Positions 14,447 through 28,600 of a stretch of 64,000 nucleotides of DNA are shown here, piece after piece. The stretch covers positions 94,552,001-94,616,000 of the forward strand of contig NC_087436.1 of NCBI RefSeq assembly GCF_036321535.1, in the 5' to 3' direction. The number at the start of each line of letters is the position of its first letter. Within the stretch, counting starts at the first letter, position 1. The translations under genes were made by a program, and so were the position numbers. Origin of the DNA: Camelus dromedarius. Taxonomy: Eukaryota. Under the pieces are notes generated by a model, which was not told the origin of the DNA, searched no databases, and saw nothing but the letters and a program-made list of their open reading frames with translations.

Positions 14447-16815
14447 GTTACATATATATATATACACACACACACATATATTTTAACCATAATTTTTGAG
14501 AAACAAAACACAAAACATTGAGAATTATAAAAATAATTTCCACCAGGGTGCCTTTTCCCGAGAGCTGCACTTTTAGTGTCTTTTTTTCCAAACATATGTA
14601 AGACCAGAGGAAAAAAGCAATTGCCATTATTTCTATGTTTGGGGAAATAAGTCTACCGGTAGAAAAATAGGAAAACAAACAAATAAACAACAGGAAAAGA
14701 AAAAAAAAAAAAAAAAAAGAAGAAGACAACAGTCGGAAAAGTGCCAGAAAGGAAAGAGATTATTACACAAAATGTAAATGAGGTAAATTTCTGAAATAAA
14801 CAATCCATTTTTGGAGAATTTCTCATACCAAATATTGTACTTTTCAATTTCCTGGGCACTAGGGATGTTGAATGAAGTATACCCTAAGGGGCTAACGCGA
14901 ATAAAAGAGTCACAGGCAAGGTACAGCTGCCTCCAATAGCAAAGTACGTAACGCTTGATCTTTAGTAATCTGAGTTCTCTCTCTCCTTTGTCAAACCACA
15001 GGACAATTAAATATACCCTGATAATATAGGCAAATAGTAAACTGGGTAGTGTTTGATATTTAAAATAATCCAAATATTACTATTACCAAGCTGCTCTCCA
15101 CTAAAAAAAAAAAAGAATTCTAACAATGAAAAAAACTGTCCACATTTTCACACAATTCCAACCTTAACTTCAAAAATATAAAGAGAAGTACATGGTTTTA
15201 GCTATTTAAAATAAATAAAGAAAAATCTGGTTTCCTTTGGCATCTTTAGAAAGTAACTGAACTACAACTAAAGGTAATTATGTGAAGAAATTTATACTTA
15301 AGCAAACACATAGGGGAAAAAAAACATGGCAACTTGTGTTTAGTATGCAATAATATCAACTACAAGAGTTTACTACTGATTAGGAAAGGCTTACAAGTTT
15401 TTGGAAGAACCTTCACATCTTAACATTACAATATATTTAATAATGGTTCTTTTATTGCTTCTAAGATTATTGAGAAGTCAAATGAAATTATGTTGAATTT
15501 ATGGTTCAAAATTATTTTCCAAACACTTAATGACTATAATTTAGGATAAGTAACACTTGAAGAAAGCAAACTATAATATGACTTTCAATATACAGCCTTA
15601 CTTTAATTCATTCTGATTTCATTACATTTTTGTTATTTTGCATTGGTCCTGAATATTTAGTAAGAACTGTGTTTCTATGTATAGAACTGCCTACACAAAT
15701 CCATTTCACCCTTCATAAAATGGTCACATTAGTGTTTGAGCTTGCAAAACTAATAATTTTCAAACTTTTGAACTTAGAATGAAATGTAACTTTAATACGT
15801 ATAGAAAGTCTGACTATATACAAGAGAAGGTAAAGTTTTTAATTCTCTTATTATCAGAAACATCATAAAGAAAGCTAGATTTATAACACACTTCTATTCC
15901 TATGTGCATCTGAAGTATGTACAGTAAAACACCAACACAGCTTTCATGTGTTAATAGGGGGAAATGCAAGCAAGAGTGACTTTTAAAGTATCCGATAAAT
16001 CAGTCTCTATAAAGCCAAAATTAGGCTAAAAAAACCTGCAAATAGTTTTCATCTTTGCAAGTTCTAAAAGAAAAATTTCATCAGTGTAAAAATAGAAAGA
16101 TGTTAAATTCACTGAAAAACTAAGTTGGGTACTTTCATTAAATCTGGGAATACTGCAACATCAAGTATTTACTGTTTTTGCAAAAGAAACGAAAATGGCA
16201 GCTCCATTTTTACATTATTACTTACTTATATAGGAAATTTTAAAGAGTGAAGAACTGTGACAAAACATTCCAAATGGAGGACCTAAAAATGGAGCAAAGG
16301 ATACTGTCCCTCAGCACATTTCCCCCACCAAATATAGAGAAATTTACTATTAAGATTATTAGCTGTGTGTGGTAAGAGGGGAAAAATAGATATGGTGTCC
16401 CAGTCTATTGACAAGGACAAGAAGGCTCTGAATAGGTCACCATCTTCAATTCTGGATAAATCTCATATTTAAGAATTCTCAAATGCTTAAAATGGTGGTC
16501 TTTTCAGCTACCCATCCTAAGAAGTCAAGTACAAGCATGCAAGTAAATTCACAGGCACAGAGGATCCATGTTAAAAACAGTTAAGGTAGCTGTGATGCAA
16601 CACCAACAATTTGAATGGCCCTGACACACTCAAAATATTATCTTAATTATTCAACAAAATCCTGAAGCAAACTCTTGCTAGTCTTGGTACACCGCTAAAC
16701 ACTAAAGTAGCATGTTTTTTCCATGGTTTTAGCTTAGCTCAAAGAGTTTTTACACTATTAAGAAAAAAAATTAAAGTATTTCCCCTTTTTAAATTTACAC
16801 AGACGTTTAATTAGC

Positions 16816-16825
16816 TTTATTTACA
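16816..16825 (-). terminator. Proximal polyadenylation signal (UGUAAAUAAA)
   Basis: Minus strand reads TGTAAATAAAG about 170 nt after the stop codon, with U-rich sequence downstream. Confidence 0.55.
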
Positions 16826-16993
16826 GAGCAGGGTTTGTTTTTTGTTTTGTTTTTTTCAGTCTCCAATGGTGCCTAGATAACATCATTAGGCAAGAATGCC
16901 AGTTTAAAAGAAATCTATGCAGAATCCTAAAAATAACAGATGTTGATGCTCCTCAAGAAGGGGCAAGCTTGACTATCAGCAGCTCTCTCTGTC

Positions 16994-17068
16994 TCAGTTA
17001 CTCAGAAGCAATTCTGTTGCAGTCTCTACATCCCATGATTTTGAAGACAAGGCCACTATTACTGCATT
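16994..17068 (-). CDS. UBE2K: UBE2K exon 7 coding part (75 nt): NAVIVALSSKSWDVETATELLLSN*
   Basis: Acceptor ttttctacag|AAT; TGA stop at 16994-16996. Confidence 0.98.
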   Translation of the reverse strand, partial: NAVIVALSSKSWDVETATELLLSN

Positions 17069-20000
17069 CTGTAGAAAAGAAAAGGGGACAAGAAAATCAA
17101 ATCAAGGAAATATTTTCAAAATACTCCATCACTCACTGTCCTTATATTGAGAAATCACATCTTCTTTCTCATTCTTTAAGCTGCCTTGAACTTGCAGTGC
17201 ATAAAGATTTTCTAAAACCAATGACTGGAATCAGCAAAAGGAAAAGAAAAATCACTAGTTTTCATAACAGGAAGTTTCTTTATCAAAATCAGATTTAGAG
17301 TATCTTTGAGCCACTTCTGTCAGCCAAGGATTTGCAGCAATAATTTAAAATTAATGAATATATCAAAATAAACATGCCTTCATGTACTTACCCTATCAAA
17401 GCCCATAGCACATAGGTTTTCTATTTTTTTGGTGTATTCTGGACTAGAAACTGGTGCTCCAGCATACACATGTGCCCAAAGTCGAGCCGTCTGTTTGAAC
17501 ATTTCAGGATTTTGTTTGTACTATATGGGGGGAAAAATTGATTGACATGACAATACAGTTATAATACTCAGTATAGTAGCTCATCTCTTAACTGCTTAAA
17601 AACCTGATTTAAAAAAAAATAAAACTGATCTATATTTAAAATGTGATATTCATTTTCCATTGCAAGCAAATTATGTCACTCAAGAAATGACTGTTTAATG
17701 TGAAACTGTGATTCACAAGTTGTGTTGACAAAAGAAAAACAAAGATAAATAACATTTATCAACTTTAATCTCCAATTTCAACAAAGTAGCAGAAAACTAA
17801 TACTAAATGAATTGAGTTATTAGAGATGTTTCTAAACACTGCACTGGCAAACACTATACAGCTAAACAGAATTACTAACTTCTAAAATTATGTGGAATTA
17901 ACTAGTAATTGTGACCAAGATTTGTATTATTAACAATAGCTTAGGTTAGAATACAATTAGATTTTCCTGTTTTGCTAGAACTATATTAATGTACAGTGAA
18001 TTAAGAAAACCTCATATGCAAAGTTCTAACTTAAAGCACATGTTTTGAGATAATTATGAACTTACCAGAGTACTTTTTAAAAGGTAAGACTTCCCATATG
18101 CATTGAAAAGAGGTAATTTATTCTCAAATATTCTGGAATCATCATTACTTAATAAAGCAAAGTATAAGTTAAAGTAACTGTTCGATTCACCTTAATATTT
18201 ATTTTTAAGATATTTTATACATACTGAATATTATTATATATTAAAATGATAAATCTAGTCTCAACCATTATTAATACGGAAATAAGTCAAATTACTGACT
18301 GGACCTAGAGGAAACTTGAGTCCAAACTCAACCTTTGAGGCTCAGACTCAACAGAAAATCAAAGCTGGGACTCAAGCCATGCTTCTGACTATCAAAAACG
18401 AATGAAAGCACATACATGTGACACCTTAAACCATAATTCTAAGCACTCTAAGACAAATAACAGTAGAACATATTAACAAAAATATCCATAAAACAAGGAG
18501 TAAACAGCTTTTCAAAGGAAAGGAAGAAGTTTCTAAGAGGAAAAGTTTTCTCAGGCTGAGAAAACATGGCAGATGAGGTGAAATGGCGTCTAGGAATGAA
18601 CACCATCTTGAAAAGCAAGAGTGTGAGGAACAGCAGAAATTTAGGAGCTGAAGCTGGGTTTGCAGACAGTTCAAATCATGAAGGAACTCTTCAAACTAAA
18701 CAATTCAGACTTACCAAGTAGGTGATAGTAGAGCTACTAATAGGTTTTTAGTAGTAACATGGAGTAAGATGGGCACCTTATGTTAACTACTATCAGTGTA
18801 GAAGATGAGGGAAAGAAGCTGAGGTAGGGAGCTCCATTAGAGCAGTCAAATGAGATATTTTTAAATATGTGAAGTATTATGACAGAGAAATACTGGGATA
18901 CAAGAGAAAAGGAGACTTCACAGAAAAGTACTCCATGTTTGTGACTTGGATATATAACTAAGTTGATTATACTACAGAAGGATGAACAGGTTCCAAGTTT
19001 AAGATTCTGCATTCAGTTTTGGGAATGCTGTGCTAAGGTATCCATGGAACATTCATATAGAGCTATCCAGTTTCAAAAAGGCTCAGGAGAAAGTTCAAGC
19101 CTCAACATCCTATCAACATACATCAGCGTAACATCAGCATGGATTTGATCATTCAAGTGACAGTATATAATGGAAAGTAAAAGAAGCAATATAAAAACAA
19201 GGAAATATATTTAAAGGGAGAAGAAAGAAGGGAAATAACTGTAAGACTTAGACTTAAGAAGGAATAACCACAACTACAAAGATAGGGAGAGAAGAGGGTA
19301 GTATCTCAGAAGCCAAGAGAAGGAAAAATTTCTAGGTTCAAAAACAAACAAAAACCAAGGCTCAATAAATCCTAATGGCTTAGAGTAAGGGTTGGCAAAT
19401 TTTCTTAAAGGAACAGATAATTATTATTTCAGGCTTTCAGATCATACAATCTCCGTCATAATTATTTAACTGTCACTTATAGTTGTAAACAGAAGAGTGT
19501 GGCCATGTTGCAATAAAATATTATTTACAAAAACAGTCAATCTGGCTGTAATTTGCTGACCTCTGCCTTTTGGAAATCAAAGATCAGAACTGAAAAGTAC
19601 TTATCCATTAAGCAATTACAAGGTCATTGTTAATTACCCTTCACCATATCTAACTTCAGTGCCACAATGGAGCTGGTTAACATTATCATCAGGGAAGGAT
19701 CACCTCTGAACTAAGAGACAGACAGATGGAGACACACGATAAAGCACATGTAGCAAAACATTAATCGTAGAATCTAGATAGTAGGTAGATACATGAGTGC
19801 TCAATGTATAATTCTTTAAACACTGTGTGTTTGAAATTTTCACATGTTAGAAAAAAGGCATCTACTATATACCTAATTAAATTAGTATGTTAAAAATCAC
19901 TAAATTAGGTTTTCATCATTACTTCTGATAAAATAATCTTACCGCAAGAAAGGAAACCATTTCCAGATTTAGTTTGGGCAGAAGTATGCTCATGTGCTAT

Positions 20001-22606
20001 CACTGCAAACCACTAAAGTAGAGACCCATGGGTAAGTACAAGAAAGCCTTTCAAAAGCAGCTATCTTACCTGATTTGCTACTACTGCATCTTGTGGATCA
20101 TCTGGTTCCGCAGCTGCCAGCAGTGCTTGCAATGACAATAATACCGTGCGGAGAGTCATTGCTGCTGCCCTAAGATTCAGAATAGGAAGAAATCCCAGTT
20201 AAGAACATAATGCACGACATATACAAAGTGGATGTTTTCTAAATAAAACATAAAAACTACTAATTTTTATCTTAATCATATAATTAAGTTATAAAAATTT
20301 ATAATTTATATCCACCTATCATATTTTTTTCTTTACTTTACAATGAAAGAATCTATTCCTTAAGACAACTCAAATCATTCTTAACTAGCTTAGCTTTTTT
20401 CTTATTTTTGTCAATATCTTTCTGGTCAGCTTTATCTATTGACTTACTTTCTATTCATTTCTCTAGACATAAAGTTAAAATAAAGCGATAAACTAATATG
20501 TGAAACTTTCTTTCAGTGGCACTCTAAAAACAAGACACCATCAAGTAAATATCCTTTACTTTGAAGAAAGCCTAAAATCATTTGGAGGGCATTACGCTAA
20601 GTGAAAAATAAGTCAAAGAAGAAAGATACTGTGTGGAGTCTAAATAATGTAACTAGTGAATATAACAAAAAAGAAGCACACTCACAGATACAGGGAACAA
20701 AACAGTGGATATGAGTGGGGAAAGGGAAGCGGAGAGGGGCAATATAGGGGTAGGGGTAGGGAGGTTAAAGGTACAAAAATAAGATGTAATATATTGTACA
20801 TTAGAAAATATAGCCAATACTTTACAATAACTATATATGGAGTATAACCTTTGAAAAGTGTGAATTCACTATATTATACCCTGTAACTCATATATTACTG
20901 TACAGCAACTACAATAAAATTTTTTAATAAAAATTTTTTTTAAAGAAAATGGAAAAAAAAAAGCCTAAAATAATTCCATAACATTCTGAAACAGGGCAAG
21001 ATTTTTGCTTAGTACGTGTAACTTAATTCATGTTTCAAAATGTGTTTATAAAGCAAATATTTATCTAGAAAATGGTATCTACCTAACAAGGACCCTTAGT
21101 ATTTCTGTCAAAAAACTATTTGACCAGTTACTACAGAAATATTTATAAATACAATAGTGAAATAGCGTAATAATGAACTATTTTAAATGCTGAAGATTAT
21201 TAAACATGCTCATTTTTAACAGACAAGTTTGGTAATTCTAAACCAGTCTTTTTTCAATTGGGTTCTTCACTTTAACTACAGAAGAGAGAAAATTACTGAG
21301 TAACTATTTTCTCAATTTTCCTAAGGATGGTAATATATATATATATATATACCATCCTAGATCCTAGATACCACCATCCTTAGAAAAAGTTATTACCAAC
21401 AATAAATGTCTGAAAGAAATGTGTCTTACAAAGTATGGTTTCCTCAACCAGTGCATCAACATCACCTGGGAACTTGTAAGAAATGAAAATTCTTGGCCTC
21501 ATTCCAGGCCTACTGAATTACAAACTGTGGGGTGGTTTAACAGGTACTCCAAGTGATTCTAATGCAAGCTAATGTTTGAGAAATACTGCATTAGTGCATT
21601 ATAGCTTAAGCTAATTGAGGAAGGCTATTAAAATAAACCAATAAAAATAAAATCAGTATCACACACATAAGCCCATATTTTGTAAGAGAAAAATTACACT
21701 ACAAGTGGTACCCTATATAAAATGCCATCAGAATTGTCATTTATATTAATCTTCACAAAACGCAAACTAATCTTCAGTGACAGAAAGATCAGCATTGCTG
21801 AGGAATGGGGAAGCAGGAAGGGCGGGAAGGAGCAATTACAAAGGGACTCAAGGAAACTTCTGGGTTATGTTGGTTATGTTCACTACCTTAACTGTGTGAT
21901 GGTTTTATGGAATGTATGTGTATGTTCAAACATACCAAATTGTGCATTTTTAATATGTGCAGTTCATGGTCAATAACACCTCAGTAAACCATTTAAAAAA
22001 GTTGTGTTAAAAAATGCTATCAGAGTAAAAATTTTTATTGATCAATTCATCCTTTTAGAGAAGCTACAGGAATAGGAAAATTTGGTTATGATGCTTAACA
22101 ACACTTCAAACAAAACTGTAAGTCATATAATTTTAAATTAATACAATTATTTCCTTCAAGGAAATTTATCTGAATATTGAAGAAAAATCTTCACTCAAAG
22201 GAAGTATTTCATATTAAAACAATTATTAAACTCATAATAATTATTTTAATTTGTGATAAAAACATGAAAATATGTAAAATAAAAGCCATCTAAACATTAT
22301 AAATTTCAGCAAAACCGTAACAACATCACATATATTGTTTTATACATTTACATCTCAACCAATCAACATTTTTCTTTAAAAAACTTTTGATCTCTCAAAA
22401 GAGTGAATCTGGCCCCTTAAACAATACATAAAAATTAACTCCAAATGTATTAAAGATCTAAAAGTAAGACCAAAACTTATTATAAAACTCTTTAAGACAA
22501 CAAAACGCCATTTGCAGCAACATGGATGTCCCTGGAGAATGTCATTCTAAGTGAAGTAAGCCAGAAAGAGAAAGAAAAATACCATATATCACTCATATGT
22601 GGAATC

Positions 22607-22648
<42 letters not shown>

Positions 22649-25600
22649 CGACAAATGAACTTAAATATAAAACAGAAACAGACTCACAGACATAGAATAC
22701 AAACTTGTGGTTGCCAGGGGGAGGGGGAGGGACAGACTGGACGTTCAAGATTTATAGATACTGACAGGTATATATAGAATAGATAAATGAGTTTATACAG
22801 TATAGCACAGGGAAATATATTCAAGATCCTGTAAAATCTTGAAAAAGATTATATGTATATTCATATATGACTCAAAAATTGTGCTCTACACCAGAAATTG
22901 ACACAACATTGTAAACTGACTATAACTAAATAAAAAAATTTTTTAAAAAAACTCTTAAAAGAAAATACAGGGGGAACACTTCAGGACAATGGAGTTGGCA
23001 ATGATTTCTTGGGTATCAAACAGCAGTCAAAAGCACAGGCAACAAAACAGAAAACATAGAAATTAGTCTACAACTAACTACATCAACATTTAAAACTTCT
23101 GTGTAAAGGAAAAAACTTCAAAATAAAAACTTCCTGTGCAGAGGATACAATCAATAGAAGGTAACTCACAGAATGGGGAGAAAATATTTGTAAATCACGT
23201 ATCTGATAAGGAGTTAATATCTGGAATACATAAAGAACTCCTGCAACTCAACAACAAAAAACAAACCTGGTTAAAAAATGAGAATGGGGAAGGGACAGAA
23301 TGGGATTTCAAAATTGTAGAATAGATAAACAAGATTATACTGTATAGCACAGGGAAATATATACAAGATCTTATGGTAGTTCACAGAGAAAAAAATGTGA
23401 CAATGAATATATATATATTCATGTATAACTGAAAAATTGTGCTCTATACTGGAATTTGACACAACATTGTAAAATGATTATAAATCAATAAAAAATGTAA
23501 GAAAAAAGAAGAAAAAAAAAAGAGAACAGACTTGAACAAGCATTTCTCCAAAGAAGATAGACAAGTAGCCAGTAAGTACACGCAAAGATGCTTAACATGA
23601 CTAACCATCAGAGAAATGTAAATCAACAATAAGATACCACCTCACATCCATTAGGATGGCTACTCTATCAAAAAACCTAAGAGTTGTTGGTGAGGATGTA
23701 GAGTAACTGGAATCCTTGTGCACTGTTGGTGGGAATGCAAAGTGGACTAAGTGCTAAAAACCACTATTTGAGGAATCTGGCAATTCCTCAAAACAATTAA
23801 ACACAGAATTACCATATGATCTAGCAGTTTCACTTATGGATATACACCTAAAATAATTGAAAGCAGTAAGTCAAACAGATATTTGCATACCCATGTTCAT
23901 AACAGCATTATTCACAATAGCCAAAATGCAGAAGCAACCTAAGTTTCCATTAACTGATAAATGAACAAAATTTGGTGTATACAGAAATGGAATATTATGC
24001 AGACCTCAAAAGGAGGAAAAATCTGACAAATGTTACAACATAGATGAATCCTAATAGGCAAACAGGAATATGAAAATTTCAAAATGCATTAGCTAATTTT
24101 AATTAATGGATGATACAAATAAGTGGGTACCTTATAAATCTATCTTTAGTAAATTAATTTCATTCAGATCTCAAAATCTGAGCACAGTTAATACGGCTAA
24201 ACGTTCGTATGGACTAGGGGGGGCCTTTATTATGTAGAATAAGCATGTGAACTGTTTGCACTGTTGACAAACTTACCTGTTAAGGATCTTCCAGAAGACC
24301 ATTAATAAATAATCTATATTTATTCAAAACACTGAATGCTACTTAAAGAGAAGGCAGCTTTTTGTTATATTTTATTAAAGTATAATAAGCAAGTAAAAAT
24401 GCTGTACAGCTAGATGAATTTTCATACATGTATACACTCATGGTAACCACCATCTAGATCAAAAATCCTCACTCTTGTCCTTCTTATTCACAACCCTTAC
24501 CTACCCCTACCGCTGTCCTAGCTTCTATCACCAAAATTAGTTTTGACTTATCTTCAATTTAATAAAATGAAATCAGAGTATGTACTCTTTTGTGTTCAAT
24601 TTTTTCACTCAACATGTCTATGAGAATCATCCATGTTGTTTGTATAAATATGCTTTTTTCCGGCTACATAGTGTTCCACTGTATTATTATACCATTATAC
24701 ATCCATTCTCCTGTTGACAGACATTTGGGTTATTTGCAGTTTGAATAAATCTGCTATGAATATTCTTGCAGAAGTCTTTTGGTGTAAATAAGCACTCATT
24801 TTGCTTGGACAAGTACTTAGGAGTAGAACTGCTGGGCCAAATCAAAGGTGTATGCTTAGCTCTGGGAGATACTGCTGGTTGAGTGGCTGAACTACATTCT
24901 TACCTGCAAAGCATGAGAACCATTTACAAAAGTGTAGCAATATCTAATTGTGATTTTAGTTTGCATTTCCCTGATGACTAATGATACTGAGCACAGCTTA
25001 TAAACCATTTTCTTCCATGTCTGTGTCTTTTGGAAGGGCAGTATCAATGAGTGCAATTTTTAAGTCTTGCCATTTTCTTCCACAGGTAAACAGACACATT
25101 TAGTCATAAGAGGTGTCAGTGGAAAAACATCAGAAAATAGTCTGCACATTGGGTTAAGTTTTGAAGTAAGAAATAAACCATACTAACGTAAGTTGTTAAA
25201 TATTAAAGGTAAATCACCACCCACATGTATTAATAAAAGACCAAGATTAACAAACTTTTCTAACAGAACTGTCCCAAATTACCCTAAACATTCACGTTTA
25301 GATATTTACTGAATGTCATACTTTAATAAAGCTGAGGTGTGGTGGGGACAAACCCGTGGATATCCAATCTCACCTATTTAATGTATCTCTGATATCTTTT
25401 ATCATTTCAATTATATTGATATGAAACAAGACTAAATTCAGCTATTTCACCTGACTTAAGAGATGGGAATAGGAGATGGGGATAGAAAGTGTTCTGATAC
25501 AAAAAATCAAGTTCTTTCCCTATACATATACTATAATCTTTCAACTACCCACAGGAAGACAATCAGAAGTGGCAGTATTGCTAGCTTAACTCTGAGCAAA

Positions 25601-28600
25601 ATAGGGAAGACAGTGGAAAATTTTAGTCTGGAGCTTTCATTGTTTTCAAGGCTGGGGGTGGTGATGGGTAGGGAGGGCTTCATTTTGGCTGCTGAGAATA
25701 GTCTGAGTAGGGCAGGCTCCTATGATCATCCAGGCAAGAGGTAATGTGACTTGGACCGAGGTAGCAGTAGTGAGCTGCAGATAAGATCCTGGAGGTTTCA
25801 ACAACAGGATTTGCAGATGAGGTATAGGAGTAACAGAAAAAGAAGAAACAAGATCATGATGAGGTTTTAGTCTGAACAACTGCAAGGACGTAGTTGCCAA
25901 AATTTAGTTGGGGGGAAAGTGGGTTTTGGATTGAGGAAACAGTTCAGCATTTCAAATATTTAAGTTTGAGATGTTCATCACATATTCAAGTAGAGACATT
26001 AAACTGGCAGCAGGATATGAGTTTGGAGTTCAGAGAAGATAAATTTGTGGGCTGCTAGAATGTAAACAATGAACCTATGAAATCAGATGAGCTCATCAAG
26101 AAAGTGCGTATAAATGGAAAGAAGCAGAGGTCAAGACAGCCCTGAGGTATTCTCAGGTGCAAAGCTCCAAAAGATGAGGGAGGAACCAACTGAGAAGTTG
26201 GGAGTGGGTAAAGGAAGGGGAGAACAGAAGAACTGATATCCTGGAAACCAAGTTAAAAAAAAAAAAAAAAGTAAGATGTCTCTAATACTGCAAATGTTCA
26301 TTAGTATCACTGATCCACAGAGCTGTAAGAGGTCTTCAAGATGACTTTACTGATAAAAACACTGAGGCATACAAATTCAATAAACTGGGAAAAGTCACAA
26401 ATCAAAAGAATGACAGAAGATAAAGTCAGGTATATTCCACATTGTTCAATGTTTAACACTATGGCATACAGATCAAGAAACTAGGTCTCAAGAGATGATC
26501 TACTGAGGGAAAAGCTTTATTCAGATGCACTGTTAGCATGGAAAAACAAAACAAAACCAGAGACTCGTCTGCTTATCCAGTTACTAAATAAACCAAATGA
26601 CCCATACACTAAATGTTGTTATTCCTGTTTCACCTTGTTCAGGTTCCACTCTTTCCCTTTCTTAACAAACTTAAGAAATAAGTTAATAACATAACTTATC
26701 ACTGTTTTCTTCTACTACAATGACCTTTTATATCTCTTGTCTTAGTTTTCCAATCCATATACTTAGAATATGCCAGGCTCTAGTCTAAGAGAAATACATA
26801 AAACAACTAATTTAATCTTCTCAACAGCCCTATGAAATAGGTATTAATCCCATTTTTTCAGATGAGGAGACAAAGGCATAAAGGCCAGGTAATTTGCTCA
26901 AGACAACACAGGTGAGTAAACGGCCAAGTCAGGATCTGAACCTAATGGTAACAAAGTTAAGAACTCGCAATACTAAACACGATGCTGCTAAGATATAAAA
27001 ATCTGACAAAACATGTGAAAGCACCATAAATCACTGTGCAAATGAAGATACCACCTAAAAGGTACTTCTTAGAATCTTAGAACCTTAATCATGCTCAATT
27101 AACACAACTTTTAACATTTTTGTTCCCTACATCCCATGCAAGTCAGAGCCAAATTACTTCAAAACTTCAATTTTTTTAGTCTTTCACACATATCTTCCTG
27201 AGATAGCAAAAAGTCAAATTTATCAAAATAAATGAAACCCAAGACTTGTCAACATGTAAAGCTACCACCTGACATTACCTAATAATCACCATCTACATAT
27301 AGATTCCAATTTCAATTATAATGTTATCTTCTCTTATGTACTTAAGAGTCTTCATAAAGTTTTAAAATAGAAAGTATAGTATATGCTTACGTTTTGAGGC
27401 AAGTACACATTTAACATTCTAAATAGTCTTGGAATTCATATAAGAGAAGGGAAAAGGTGAATTCAAAATCTCTTACCATTGATCTTTCAGGATATCCAAA
27501 CAAATAGCCCCTGTGACGGAACTAATATTAGGATGCCATATTTTAGTGATAAACCGGACCTAGAATATAAAGCACACTTGAATTTTCAAGTAACAGAAAC
27601 AAAACACATATAGTTTTAGTAAAACTACAAAAAAATTAAATCCTTGGGTTAAAAAAAATATATATCCATACTTACATTACATCATTTTGCCTAGTTCTGT
27701 CTGTGAAAGGAGCATTGTAGAAGACAAAGTGTTCACTAAGTCGAATGTTGTCAACGACATACATTCTTTATAAACCTTTTAACTAATGTTGTTTTTAAAG
27801 AAACCCAACAATTACTAGGTGTTTAAAATTTACCTAGCATAATGTCAGATGCTGGAAGAAATTGAACACGGACTAAAATCCATTTAGGTAGATAAAGTCA
27901 TACATAAAGTTAAAAGATAGATAGTAAATGGCAAATTTTGTGTGTGTGAAGAAGGGTATAAAATAAATTTGAAGGAAAAAGTAAGCAAAATCAGTACACA
28001 GAAACAGAAGTAGTGACTGTAAGATTGCTCCTGGTTTTCTGTATCATTTTTTTTTTAAAATACTTTTTAAAAAAATAATTCAACAAATATTTAAAAGCTT
28101 ACTATTATTTGCCAGGCACTGAGGCTTAAGAGTTTAAGAAATTTACCCAACGTCAAATAACTAGTTTGCAATGGAACAAAATACAAACTCACACAGTCTT
28201 AGCATGAAAGAATAAGAAACCAACAAAGTGAAAATGCTAACTCTATCAGATCACTGTGAAATGAAATCTAGCTCATCAGCTCTTACGAGCTTCTGGAGGA
28301 GGCGGAGGAGGATTATATCTGACATATATGATAGTCATCGAAGTCAAAATTCTTTAACATTTAATAGATTAATTACTATGAGCCAAGCTATGTTCTAAAT
28401 ACCTTACAAAAATCAATTCATCAATATATGTTCCAAATCTAAGCTATTTATGGAAAGAAGCTAAAAGATTTACACTTCCACTTCTCTTCTTGTGACTTGT
28501 CTATACTACCTGTCTCTAATTTCTCACCTAACCACTCATTAACTTACAAGCCATCTGAAAAAGCACTTTAGGTCACCAATGATCTCAAAAACCTAAACTA

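Larger units (their letters stand above)
12470..16993 (-). other. UBE2K: UBE2K long 3'UTR (distal end approximate)
   Basis: Stretch with no recognisable transposon after the stop codon; the proximal part resembles the human UBE2K 3'UTR as recalled; AATAAA at 12491-12496 with upstream UGUA. The end point is inferred. Confidence 0.7.
22405..24050 (+). mobile_element. Old L1 (ORF2 end/3'UTR) interrupted by two younger L1 insertions
   Basis: Host L1 text (aaaattaactccaaatg..., gcaatgatttctt, catttctccaaagaagat) resumes on both sides of the inserts. Confidence 0.85.

Noticed and set aside
12296..15073. Minus-strand ORFs of 166, 129 and 146 aa in the UBE2K 3'UTR as downstream peptides
   Set aside because: No recognisable domain, low-complexity content (HT repeat, poly-F), and two begin at non-ATG codons.
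16985..16996. Stop-codon readthrough of UBE2K
   Set aside because: Context is TGA GAC, not the UGA CUAG readthrough motif.
16969..17298. 109-aa plus-strand ORF antisense to exon 7
   Set aside because: Non-ATG start, no promoter or homology evidence; antisense shadow of the coding exon.
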